NCBI GenBank assembly: GCA_963678315.1
Contig: OY782781.1
Span: forward strand, 2,720,001-2,784,000
From: Candidatus Cloacimonadales bacterium
GTDB taxonomy: Bacteria; Cloacimonadota; Cloacimonadia; Cloacimonadales; JAFGVF01
Direction: 5' to 3'
Length of the DNA stretch: 64,000 nucleotides
Shown here: positions 31,369-40,446 of the stretch, piece after piece
Position numbering within the stretch: position 1 is the first letter of the stretch
Layout: every line of letters begins with the position of its first letter
Made by a program: the position numbers and the translations under genes
The notes under the pieces: generated by a model
Database searches by the model: none
The model's input: the letters and a program-made list of their open reading frames with translations, nothing else
What the model was told of the DNA's origin: nothing

Positions 31369-31396
31369 TTAATAAAGAAAGAAGAATGGAGTTTTG

Positions 31397-31855
31397 ATGC
31401 CTAGACCTAAAAAGAGAAGAATGGTAAGTAGCCCCCCAAGATTTAGTAGTTTTAAACCTGCTGGTGTAAGAAGAAGTGATTTAGTCACAATTATTCTTTC
31501 ACTAGATGAATACGAGGCAATTAAGCTTATCAACTATGACGGCTTAGACCAGACAGAAGCTTCATTAGAGATGGGTGTATCACGCCCGACAATAACTAGG
31601 CTAGTAGCTTCTGCTAACAGAAAAATCGCTGAGTTTATAGTTAATGGCAAAGAATTAACTATTGAAGGTGGAAATATACATTTCAGAGAGAATTATTATG
31701 AATGCCTTGATTGTGGGCATAGGTTCAAAATAGATATAAACAATGAAATCATCGAATGTCCATCATGTAAATCCAAGAATTTACTAGATTTTGCTGGTAG
31801 ATTTGGTCATGGTAGATGCTGTAGAAGACAACACAGAAAAGGTAAGGAGGAATAA
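31397..31855 (+). CDS. DUF134 putative DNA-binding protein with zinc ribbon
   Basis: MPRPKK.R, F.P.G, DEYEAI.L..Y.GL.Q.EA...MGVSR.T; CxxC..CxxC. Confidence 0.9.
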   Translation: MPRPKKRRMVSSPPRFSSFKPAGVRRSDLVTIILSLDEYEAIKLINYDGLDQTEASLEMGVSRPTITRLVASANRKIAEFIVNGKELTIEGGNIHFRENYYECLDCGHRFKIDINNEIIECPSCKSKNLLDFAGRFGHGRCCRRQHRKGKEE

Positions 31856-32172
31856 TGCCTTTTAGAGATGGAAGTGGACCTAATGGAAATGGTCCTTTAA
31901 CTGGAAGAGGAATGGGCGACTGTAACGCTGGAGATGCACCAAGAAACCGTAACTATGGTTCTGGTATGGGAAGAGCTTTCGGTCGTGGTAGAGGAAGAGG
32001 CTTTGGAAGAAGAAACGACGGCTACGGTCGAGGTTACCGCCGTTTCGATTCATATGATGTAAATAATACACCAAATGCATATAATGATAAATCATACCTT
32101 GAAAGTATGGTTAAATATCTAACAGATAGATTAACCTTCTTCAAGAATAAATTAAACGATAGTGATGACTAA
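31855..32172 (+). CDS. DUF5320-like Gly/Arg-rich protein
   Basis: MP..DG.GP.G.GP.TGRG.G.C, RG repeats, C-terminal coiled coil. Confidence 0.85.
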   Translation: MPFRDGSGPNGNGPLTGRGMGDCNAGDAPRNRNYGSGMGRAFGRGRGRGFGRRNDGYGRGYRRFDSYDVNNTPNAYNDKSYLESMVKYLTDRLTFFKNKLNDSDD

Positions 32173-32235
32173 ACTTAGTATCACATATCAATAACATAAT
32201 AAAATATTATTACTTAACCTGCAATCGAGGTATTT

Positions 32236-33099
32236 ATGTTTAAAATAGCTGTTGCTAGCGGAAAAGGTGGAACAGGTAAGACAACTGTTTCAACCAATCT
32301 TGCTTATTATTTAGCAAAGGATAACAAAATTCTTCTAAGCGATATGGATGTAGAAGAACCTGATTCTCATATTTTCGTAAAAGGTAAAACTTTGCAAGAA
32401 AAAAAAGCATATAAGAAAGTTCCACAGTTGATTCAAGACAAGTGTGTTTCTTGTGGACGTTGTAAAGAAGTCTGTGCGTTTAATGCAGTTACATTATTAG
32501 GAGACAAGGTAATATTCTTTAATGAATTATGTCATTCATGTTATTCATGTGTAGAATTATGTCCTAAATCTGCAATTGAGATGGTCGAACAGGAGCTTGG
32601 TTTAATTACTCATATTCAAGAAGGGAATGTTGATTTCATCGAAGCAAGACTTGATATCGGTCAAGAGCAAGCTGTTCCAATGATAAAGAGTGGATTTAAA
32701 TATATTGAGGATAATTTTGAAACAGAAATAGCAATTATAGATTCTCCCCCTGGTTCATCATGTCCAGTAGTGGAAACTATTCAAAATGTAGACCATGTAT
32801 TTTTAGTGACTGAGCCTTCACCTTTTGGTTTGAATGATTTGAAGATTGCTATTGATACTGTTAAAATTCTTAAAAAGAAATTTTCCATAATTATTAATAA
32901 AGATGATGGTAAACAAAATATTATTAGAGATTTCTGCCAAAAGGAAAGTTGTGAGATTATTGGAGCTATTCCTGAAAAGATAGAGATAGCCCAATTGTAT
33001 TCAAAAGGTTCTAGAATTTATGAATATGATAAAGACTTTAAAGAAGCAATTGAATCTATCAAAAGTAAAGTTAGCTCTCTTGTTGGAGGTGAAGAATGA
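32236..33099 (+). CDS. MinD-superfamily P-loop ATPase with inserted 2x4Fe-4S ferredoxin domain
   Basis: SGKGGTGKTT, DMDVEEP, CxxCxxCxxxC twice, DSPPG.SCP, VTEP. Confidence 0.9.
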   Translation: MFKIAVASGKGGTGKTTVSTNLAYYLAKDNKILLSDMDVEEPDSHIFVKGKTLQEKKAYKKVPQLIQDKCVSCGRCKEVCAFNAVTLLGDKVIFFNELCHSCYSCVELCPKSAIEMVEQELGLITHIQEGNVDFIEARLDIGQEQAVPMIKSGFKYIEDNFETEIAIIDSPPGSSCPVVETIQNVDHVFLVTEPSPFGLNDLKIAIDTVKILKKKFSIIINKDDGKQNIIRDFCQKESCEIIGAIPEKIEIAQLYSKGSRIYEYDKDFKEAIESIKSKVSSLVGGEE

Positions 33100-33974
33100 A
33101 AGAAATAGTAGTAATATCTGGAAAAGGTGGAACAGGTAAAACCACTATCACTGCAGCCTTAGCTCAACATTTAGCTTCAAATTGCATTGTAGCCGACTGC
33201 GATGTTGATGCTGCCGATATGCACTTAGTATTCACCCCAAAAGCATTAAAAGAAGAAAAGTTCTTTTCTGGTAAAGAAGCAATAATTAATAGAGAAAAGT
33301 GCAAAAACTGTGGGTTATGCCAAGCTAAGTGCCGTTTCGATGCAATAATCCCATTAAGCAATTATAAAAAGGTTGATCCATTCTCATGTGAAGGTTGTGG
33401 TTTATGCTCACATTTATGCCCACATGATGCTATTAAAATGGAAGATAGATATGTTGGAGATTTCTTTATTTCCGAAATCAGAACTAATACGAATATGGTT
33501 CATGCTAAACTCTTACCAGGAGGAGAAAACTCTGGTAAACTTGTTGCAGAAGTTAAAAAGGAATCACGAAATCAAGCTAACCGACTAAACAAAGACTACA
33601 TTATTGTTGATGGTTCACCTGGTATTGGATGCCCTGTTATATCATCACTGTCTGGTGCAGATTATGTTGTTTTAGTAACAGAACCTACTAAATCAGCTTT
33701 GCATGATTTAAAACGAGTTGTAGAGCTTTTAAAGAAGTTTAAGATAAGAGCTGGTTGCATTATCAATAAGGCTGACTTAAATGCTGATGTAGCTAAAGAG
33801 ATTAATGAATACATTGTCGAAGAAGAGCTAGACTATTTAGAAACTTTTAATTATAGTAAGAATTTCATTAATGCTGTGAAGAGCGGTTTAACCATTAATG
33901 AATATGACCCATTTGAAACTAAAAATAAGATAGAGAATATCTGGACTAAGGTTCAAGAATATTCTACTAGATAA
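33096..33974 (+). CDS. Second MinD-superfamily P-loop ATPase with ferredoxin insert
   Basis: SGKGGTGKTT, DCDVDA, two CxxCxxCxxxC, SGKLV, DGSPGIGCPV. Confidence 0.9.
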   Translation: MKEIVVISGKGGTGKTTITAALAQHLASNCIVADCDVDAADMHLVFTPKALKEEKFFSGKEAIINREKCKNCGLCQAKCRFDAIIPLSNYKKVDPFSCEGCGLCSHLCPHDAIKMEDRYVGDFFISEIRTNTNMVHAKLLPGGENSGKLVAEVKKESRNQANRLNKDYIIVDGSPGIGCPVISSLSGADYVVLVTEPTKSALHDLKRVVELLKKFKIRAGCIINKADLNADVAKEINEYIVEEELDYLETFNYSKNFINAVKSGLTINEYDPFETKNKIENIWTKVQEYSTR

Positions 33975-33988
33975 ATATAGGAGTTATT

Positions 33989-34333
33989 ATGAAAATTGCT
34001 GTAAGTACTGTTGGACCAGAAAAAGATGCAGTCCTAGAACCTCGTTTTGGACGTTCAAACTATTTCGTTATTTATGATACAGAAACTCAAGAATATTCAA
34101 GTTTAGATAACACAGCTATTCAAGCCGAGGCTCACGGAGCAGGTCCTAAAACCTCTCAGTTAATCTTTGATTCTGGAGTAAATATTGTCCTAACCGGTAA
34201 CGGTCCTGGAAAAAATGCTTTCCAAGTTTTACAAGCTGGAAATATTAGTATGTTTATATGTAAAGAAAACATATCTGCAACAGAAGTTATTACTAAATAT
34301 CTAAATAACGAACTTGCTGAATTTCAAAACTAA
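33989..34333 (+). CDS. NifB/NifX-family protein
   Basis: MKIAV, RFGR..YF.IYD, HGAG, TG..G..A. Confidence 0.88.
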   Translation: MKIAVSTVGPEKDAVLEPRFGRSNYFVIYDTETQEYSSLDNTAIQAEAHGAGPKTSQLIFDSGVNIVLTGNGPGKNAFQVLQAGNISMFICKENISATEVITKYLNNELAEFQN

Positions 34334-34345
34334 AGGAGTTATCTA

Positions 34346-34684
34346 ATGAAAAAGATTATCGCATTACCAACTGAAAATAAACAGTTATGTTCTCATTTTG
34401 GTCATTGTGAAGAATTTGTATTCTTCACCACAGAAGATGGTAAAATTGTAAGCCAAGAGTGGGTTACACCACCTGAACATGTTCCAGGACTATATCCTAA
34501 ATTTGTTGCAGAAAAAGGTGCTACTGTAGTGATTGCAGGCGGTATGGGAATGAAAGCACAAGAGCTTTTTACTTCTAACAATGTTGATGTATTTTATGGT
34601 GTTGAACCATGTGCTTTAGAAACTATTGTTAATACCTATTTAGAAGGTAAATTAGAATCTGGTCAAAACCTATGTGATCACTAG
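34346..34684 (+). CDS. NifB/NifX-family protein
   Basis: HFGHCE.F, H.PG..P, GGMG..A, C-terminal CDH. Confidence 0.88.
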   Translation: MKKIIALPTENKQLCSHFGHCEEFVFFTTEDGKIVSQEWVTPPEHVPGLYPKFVAEKGATVVIAGGMGMKAQELFTSNNVDVFYGVEPCALETIVNTYLEGKLESGQNLCDH

Positions 34685-34710
34685 ATTGCAATATTACATT
34701 AAAACACTTT

Positions 34711-34738
34711 AAGAGCCTTCACTTCAAGGCTCTTTTTT
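34711..34738 (+). terminator. Intrinsic terminator of the DUF134 operon
   Basis: AAGAGCCTT/AAGGCTCTT stem followed by a T-tract. Confidence 0.8.
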
Positions 34739-34764
34739 CATAGTTTACTGATTTATAATGCTTG

Positions 34765-34813
34765 CTTACTTGCCCCCTTGAAAAAAAGCCGATTTTTCAA
34801 GGAGACCAGTAAG
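34765..34813. repeat. 49-nt REP-like palindrome (copies also at 23375, 46159, 59681)
   Basis: CTTACTTGCCCCCTTGAAAAAAAGCCGATTTTTCAAGGAGACCAGTAAG. Confidence 0.85.
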
Positions 34814-34897
34814 TTAGAAGTTAGGAGTTAGGCAGAGGAACTAGGAGTGAGGAGTGAGGAGTGAGGAGTGAGGAGTGAGGAGTGAGGAGTTAGGAAT
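34812..34897 (+). repeat. Heptamer tandem repeat (AGGAGTG)n
   Basis: Six perfect AGGAGTG (34843-34884) plus degenerate AGGAGTT/AGAAGTT units. Confidence 0.9.
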
Positions 34898-34950
34898 TAA
34901 CTCCGATGAATGAAGAATGATTGAAGAATTGAGGAGATGCTATCCATAAA

Positions 34951-35320
34951 AACCCCGAAGGGGTGGCATATACTAAGCATGGAGGCTTGCCCTCCATGTA
35001 ATAGTTAAAAAATAAAAAAAGCCCTGAAAGGGCGACATAAAGGCTAGGCTTTATCTGCAAACAGGAAAGTATACCACGAAAAGCACGAATAACACGAAAA
35101 ACAGTCAAATTATTTAGGACTGGACAGAAGGGGTGGCATATATTAGCATGGGGTTTTGCACCCCATGTTCAATGATATAAAAGTTTTGAGTCCCGAAGGG
35201 ACGATATAGATTTTCAGTCCAGTTCAGATGTATTCAGAATTGTAAATAATGTACAGTATTCGGCTCGAACGCTGCAAGGATATATCTCTCCAGAACCCAT
35301 GATTTCAATAGTGAGCATGT
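34951..35320. repeat. Mosaic: two three-hairpin units, a 9-mer CACGAA triplet and a CCCATGATTTCAATAGTG unit
   Basis: 34951-35040 ACCCCGAAGGGGT/CATGGAGG..CCTCCATG/GCCCTGAAAGGGC; 35073-35100 CACGAA x3; 35127-35210 CGTC-type unit; about 35278-35315. Confidence 0.8.
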
Positions 35321-35498
35321 ATAGGATTATCAAAAAAAATGTAGAGTTGTTTTACTGTGTTAAACCCATTTGATTAAGAAAATAGTTTTTTTTGTTGAGG
35401 GTTGAAAATAATCACAGCCTAAGTTTTGACTATTGCACTATTAAATTATTGACAAGTAGACTGTATCATAAATTATGAGTTAACATGATAAATTATAA

Positions 35499-36056
<558 letters not shown>

Positions 36057-36059
36057 ACT

Positions 36060-36863
36060 ATGTCATTCTGGAAAAAATATAAAAATATCATCAAAGAAAA
36101 CAAGTCTTATGTTTGTCTTGGTTTAGATAGTGATTTTAGCAAATTACCTGAATGTGTTTTAGAACTTGAAGATCCAATATTTGAATTCAATAAGGCTATT
36201 ATTGATGCAACTAAAGATGTAGTTGCATGTTATAAGCCTAACTTTGCTTTCTATCACTCACAAGGTTTAAAATCTTTAGAGTCTTTACGTAAAACTTTAG
36301 ATTATATACCAGAGAATATCCCTGTGATTCTTGATATAAAAGCTGGTGATATAGGCAACACAATGTCTAATTATGCAAAAGCATTCTTTGAAGATTGGAA
36401 ATGCGATTCAATAACTTGTAATCCATTAATGGGTAATGATGTTATTGAAGCTCTAAAGGCTCACACTGAAAACTTTGCATTCATTTTAGCATTAACCTCA
36501 AACAAGTCTGCAAGTGATTTCTTGAAGAAGAATGACCTTTATAAGGATATTTCAAAATATATAGCAGATTTAAACTCTCAACAATTTGGTGCTGTTGTAG
36601 GAGCTACAAATTCATCAGAATTGAAAGAGCTAAGAGAATTAATGCCAGAGACCTTATTCTTAGTTCCGGGAATCGGAGCTCAAGGTGGTTCATTGGCTGA
36701 AGTTGTTGAAAACACAACTTATTCCAAAGATGATGCTCGATTTGTAATAAACTCTTCTAGAGGAATTATATTTGCTGATTCTTCAGAGAATTTTGCAGAG
36801 AAAGCTAGAGAAAAAGCTATTGAATTAAAAGATTCAATAAACGATTTGATTGAAAAACTGTAA
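36060..36863 (+). CDS. pyrF: Orotidine-5'-phosphate decarboxylase (subfamily 2)
   Basis: CLGLD, YKPN.AFY, DIKAGDIGNT, LVPGIGAQGG, NSSRGI. Confidence 0.94.
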   Translation: MSFWKKYKNIIKENKSYVCLGLDSDFSKLPECVLELEDPIFEFNKAIIDATKDVVACYKPNFAFYHSQGLKSLESLRKTLDYIPENIPVILDIKAGDIGNTMSNYAKAFFEDWKCDSITCNPLMGNDVIEALKAHTENFAFILALTSNKSASDFLKKNDLYKDISKYIADLNSQQFGAVVGATNSSELKELRELMPETLFLVPGIGAQGGSLAEVVENTTYSKDDARFVINSSRGIIFADSSENFAEKAREKAIELKDSINDLIEKL

Positions 36864-36927
36864 TAAATATTATTGTGTTGCTTCGTATTAATTGCGGAGC
36901 AACATTTCATTATATAGTGGAGTAATA

Positions 36928-37404
36928 ATGCAAAAAAGACCTAGTTGGCAGAAATATTTCATAGAAATGGCATATTTAGTAGCTGAACGTTCAACCTGCT
37001 TAAGAAGAAAAGTAGGTGCAGTGATTGTACGTAATAATCAAGTATTGGCGACAGGCTATAATGGAGCACCTAAGAATGTAAAACATTGTAAAGAAACTGG
37101 ATGTTTAAGAGAACAATTAAATGTTCCATCAGGACAAAGACATGAGCTTTGCAGAGGTGTACATGCAGAACAAAATGCAATTATTCAAGCAGCAGTAAAC
37201 GGAACTCCAATTCAAAATGCTGAATTATATTGTACTACTCAACCTTGTATAATATGTGCTAAAATGATTATTAATTCTGAGATAAAAAGAGTCTATGTTG
37301 CAGAGCCATATAATGATGATATGTCAGAACAAATGCTAGCTGAAGCTGGCGTAGAACTAATACATTTGGATAGGGATTCGGGACATTTAAAAAAACTAAA
37401 TTAG
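36928..37404 (+). CDS. dCMP deaminase family (ComEB-like) protein
   Basis: RSTC.RR.VGAV, TGYNG, HAEQNA, PCxxC. Confidence 0.92.
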   Translation: MQKRPSWQKYFIEMAYLVAERSTCLRRKVGAVIVRNNQVLATGYNGAPKNVKHCKETGCLREQLNVPSGQRHELCRGVHAEQNAIIQAAVNGTPIQNAELYCTTQPCIICAKMIINSEIKRVYVAEPYNDDMSEQMLAEAGVELIHLDRDSGHLKKLN

Positions 37405-37414
37405 GGGTGTAAAA

Positions 37415-38638
37415 ATGAAAAAGTTAGTATCATTATTAATGTTAAGTTCAAGTATTTTGCTATCAGCAAAAGTCTTAACTCTCAACCAAGCAGTAGAAAC
37501 TGCATTCAGAAATTCTCATGATATGCAAGTTCAAGAGGTTGATAATGAAAAAGTAAATTCATCTTACAATTCAGTTTTATGGGATATCGTTCCGGAAGCA
37601 GATGTTAATTGGTCATGGCAAAAGAATAATCAAGGAATAGGGAGATCAGCAGGATTTACATTTTCAAAAAGTCTTACATCTACCCTACCAGAATATTTTA
37701 ACTGGACAAATGCAAAACATAATATCGAAATAAACAAACTCCAAGAAGCTCAAAATCGTAAAGAAATTGCTTGGAATGTTCTTAATACTTATATTGATTT
37801 ACTTCTATCTCAAAAAAAGTTATCTATCTATAACGAAAACTATTCTATACAAAAAGACTTGTTAGAGGAAGCCAAAATCTTAAAAGACCAAGGTAGAAAA
37901 TCAGTTTATGATTATAATCAAGTTGAGATTAATACTTTAAACTCAGAACTAGACCTTATTCAAGCTAAGAAAAGTGTTTCTGACAATATTAGAGAGCTCA
38001 AGTTAGTTTTGAATATTGAAGCTGATACTCTTTCTTTAGCTGATATTGATATTCCTACAGATAGAGAACTTGATTATGATATAGAAAATGAAAGTTCATA
38101 CTCACTTCAATTGAAAGAAAGCAACATCTCTCATGACAAGTATATGCTTAATCAAGAAAAGATTAGATTTTTACCTGACCTAAGTCTTTCATATAATCAT
38201 AGCTATTCTTCATCTAATGGTTATGATGATTTTGATGATAGTTATACTTTAGGCTTGGGGATTAGCTATTCTCTATGGAATTTCTTTGAGCATGGCCAAG
38301 AATATTATCGTTCAAAACTAAATATCTCTTCAAGTGAAATTGAGCTTGATAGAGAATTAATGAAGTTTAAAAAAGATTTTAGACAAAACCAAGATGACTT
38401 AGCTAACCTAAGAATTAAAAAGAAAATTAACGATAAAATTCTTGCTCAAGCTAAAGAGAATTTTGAAATCGCTAAAACTAATTTCAACTTAGGATTAATC
38501 AAGGCAATTGAACTAGAGGAATCAAAAACAGACTTGAATGATGCTAAAGTTAGTAATCTAGAGCTAGGTTATCAATTATACTTAAAAGAAGAAGCAATTA
38601 ATTATCTATTGTCAAAAGAAATTGCGGGGAAATGGTAG
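37415..38638 (+). CDS. TolC-family outer membrane protein
   Basis: Signal peptide, LTL..AV..A..N, duplicated OEP architecture (P.L.L repeats), F.LG near C-terminus. Confidence 0.8.
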   Translation: MKKLVSLLMLSSSILLSAKVLTLNQAVETAFRNSHDMQVQEVDNEKVNSSYNSVLWDIVPEADVNWSWQKNNQGIGRSAGFTFSKSLTSTLPEYFNWTNAKHNIEINKLQEAQNRKEIAWNVLNTYIDLLLSQKKLSIYNENYSIQKDLLEEAKILKDQGRKSVYDYNQVEINTLNSELDLIQAKKSVSDNIRELKLVLNIEADTLSLADIDIPTDRELDYDIENESSYSLQLKESNISHDKYMLNQEKIRFLPDLSLSYNHSYSSSNGYDDFDDSYTLGLGISYSLWNFFEHGQEYYRSKLNISSSEIELDRELMKFKKDFRQNQDDLANLRIKKKINDKILAQAKENFEIAKTNFNLGLIKAIELEESKTDLNDAKVSNLELGYQLYLKEEAINYLLSKEIAGKW

Positions 38639-38644
38639 GAAAAA

Positions 38645-39766
38645 ATGAAGAAGTTTTTTAGAATTTTACTGTTTTTAGTTGTTGTTGTTGTTATTGGATA
38701 CTTTGCAAAGTCATATTTGGGTAAATCAGATTCTGAAGCGACTAGCAAATCAGTTTTTAAGTTTCAATCTGTAAAAGCCTCAAAAGGTGAGATTGTTACA
38801 CAAATCGATATAACTGGAGTAGTTGAACCAGAAACTACTGTTGAGATTAAATCTAAGGTTTCTGGTAAAATAGTTAAATTCTATAAAGATATTAACGATT
38901 CTGTTAGAATAGGTGATTTAATAGCAACAATTGAACCAGATTATCAGCAAGCAAATTCTATTACTAACACTCGTTCTAATTTAGATTTAGCTAGAATTAG
39001 ATATGAATGGGCTTTGAAAGATTTTAAAGACATAGAAACCCAGTATAATTTAGGTCATGAATCAAAATATAACTATGACCAAAGTAAAAAGGAATTGGAT
39101 CAAGCTCTTATCAATTTCAATATAGCAAAAGAGCAATATGCTCAAGTTGAAGAGATTGATACTAAAGGTGCAGAATCAAAGATTTACGCATCAGTTCATG
39201 GTAAAGTCATTTCTAGATCAGTCGAAGAGGGCGAAATGATTTCTTCTGTCGGACTAGGAAATTCAGATGGTACAGCAATAATGAATATTGCAGACCTATC
39301 AAAAATGATCGTAAAATCAAATATTAACGAAATTGATATTAATAAATATAGAGAAGGACAGAAAGCTCAAATCACTGTTCCAGCAAACCCTTATCATAAG
39401 TATAAAGGAACTATCAAACAGATTGCTGTAATGGCTATTGATTCTAATAATACTAAAGTATTCCCTATTGAAATAGAACTAGAGGATGTAGATAAGAAAA
39501 TTATGCCTGGAATGACTGCAGAAATAACTATTCAAGGTGATTCAAAACAAGATATTATTAAAATACCTATCCGTGCCTTATTTAGTAATGATAAAGGTGA
39601 GGATGTTGTTTATATCGCAGAAAATGAGAAAATCACTGAAACTAGGGTTGTTCAAACTGGCATAAATAATTTCCGAGAAGTAGAGATTGTTTCTGGGCTT
39701 CAAGAAAACGAAGAAATTTCTTTATTCCCACCTTCTATGATTAATGGAACAAGCGAGAAAAAATAA
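38645..39766 (+). CDS. Efflux periplasmic adaptor (MacA/HlyD-like)
   Basis: V.IKSKVSG.I, G.VI...VEEG, I.EIDI.....GQ, PGMTA, EI.SGL..E. Confidence 0.9.
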   Translation: MKKFFRILLFLVVVVVIGYFAKSYLGKSDSEATSKSVFKFQSVKASKGEIVTQIDITGVVEPETTVEIKSKVSGKIVKFYKDINDSVRIGDLIATIEPDYQQANSITNTRSNLDLARIRYEWALKDFKDIETQYNLGHESKYNYDQSKKELDQALINFNIAKEQYAQVEEIDTKGAESKIYASVHGKVISRSVEEGEMISSVGLGNSDGTAIMNIADLSKMIVKSNINEIDINKYREGQKAQITVPANPYHKYKGTIKQIAVMAIDSNNTKVFPIEIELEDVDKKIMPGMTAEITIQGDSKQDIIKIPIRALFSNDKGEDVVYIAENEKITETRVVQTGINNFREVEIVSGLQENEEISLFPPSMINGTSEKK

Positions 39767-40422
39767 TGAGTGATAAGACAAAGAAGATAATCTATTTTTC
39801 TTTACTGTTTATTTTAGGAGCTGCTTTCGTTATCCTCTATAACCTTGATAAGACAATCGAAACAGATGGTCAGTCAATAGTGGATGTCGCAACAAAATGG
39901 ATTCCTGTAGATGAAGATACTCAAACTAATACTGCAGAAAGTGACTCTCTTGATTCTGAAAACTACTACAAAAATGAAACTGTTACTCCCTTTAAATATG
40001 ATTTGGATGACATCTCAGAAATAAAAGTAACATCAGATTACTACAACTATACTCTTTCTCAAGAAAAAGCTAAGAACTGGATGTATGTTTCTGAAAACCT
40101 CACTTGTAATGTGAAAAGGAACAACAATTCATTAAACAAACTAAGAAATATTTTATTTAATATAAAAGCAGATAACTATGGCACTAAAGATTACTCTGAC
40201 TATTCAAGATACTTTGAGAAACCACTGTTAACTGCTAAATTAACCTTTAAAGATAAGTCAACTCACACTTTGCAATTCATTAGAATAGAAGACCAAGTGA
40301 GGCACATGGCAGATTCTGGTAAACGAACCTACGTTCGTGTTGATGACGACACAGTTATCTACTTCATTGTTTATAGCAATGTACAACGCTTTATGATAAC
40401 TGATGAGTTGATTAATAAATAA
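39766..40422 (+). CDS. Membrane-anchored hypothetical protein (possibly DUF4340-like)
   Basis: N-terminal TM; ...L..L..IKA..; YVRVDDD..IY near the C-terminus. Confidence 0.55.
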   Translation: MSDKTKKIIYFSLLFILGAAFVILYNLDKTIETDGQSIVDVATKWIPVDEDTQTNTAESDSLDSENYYKNETVTPFKYDLDDISEIKVTSDYYNYTLSQEKAKNWMYVSENLTCNVKRNNNSLNKLRNILFNIKADNYGTKDYSDYSRYFEKPLLTAKLTFKDKSTHTLQFIRIEDQVRHMADSGKRTYVRVDDDTVIYFIVYSNVQRFMITDELINK

Positions 40423-40446
40423 TGAATATTATATGTGGAGGATAAA

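Noticed and set aside
33989..34684. Nitrogen fixation genes
   Set aside because: NifB/NifX-family domains occur widely without nitrogenase, and there is no nifHDK here.
34890..35108. 72-aa ORF (also 544-771 and 22890-23138)
   Set aside because: These are read-throughs of repeat modules or IS ends with no SD or protein-like features.
34812..35320. Possible CRISPR array
   Set aside because: The repeats are 7-mers and heterogeneous hairpins, with no constant 25-45 nt repeat separated by unique spacers, and there are no cas genes in the window.
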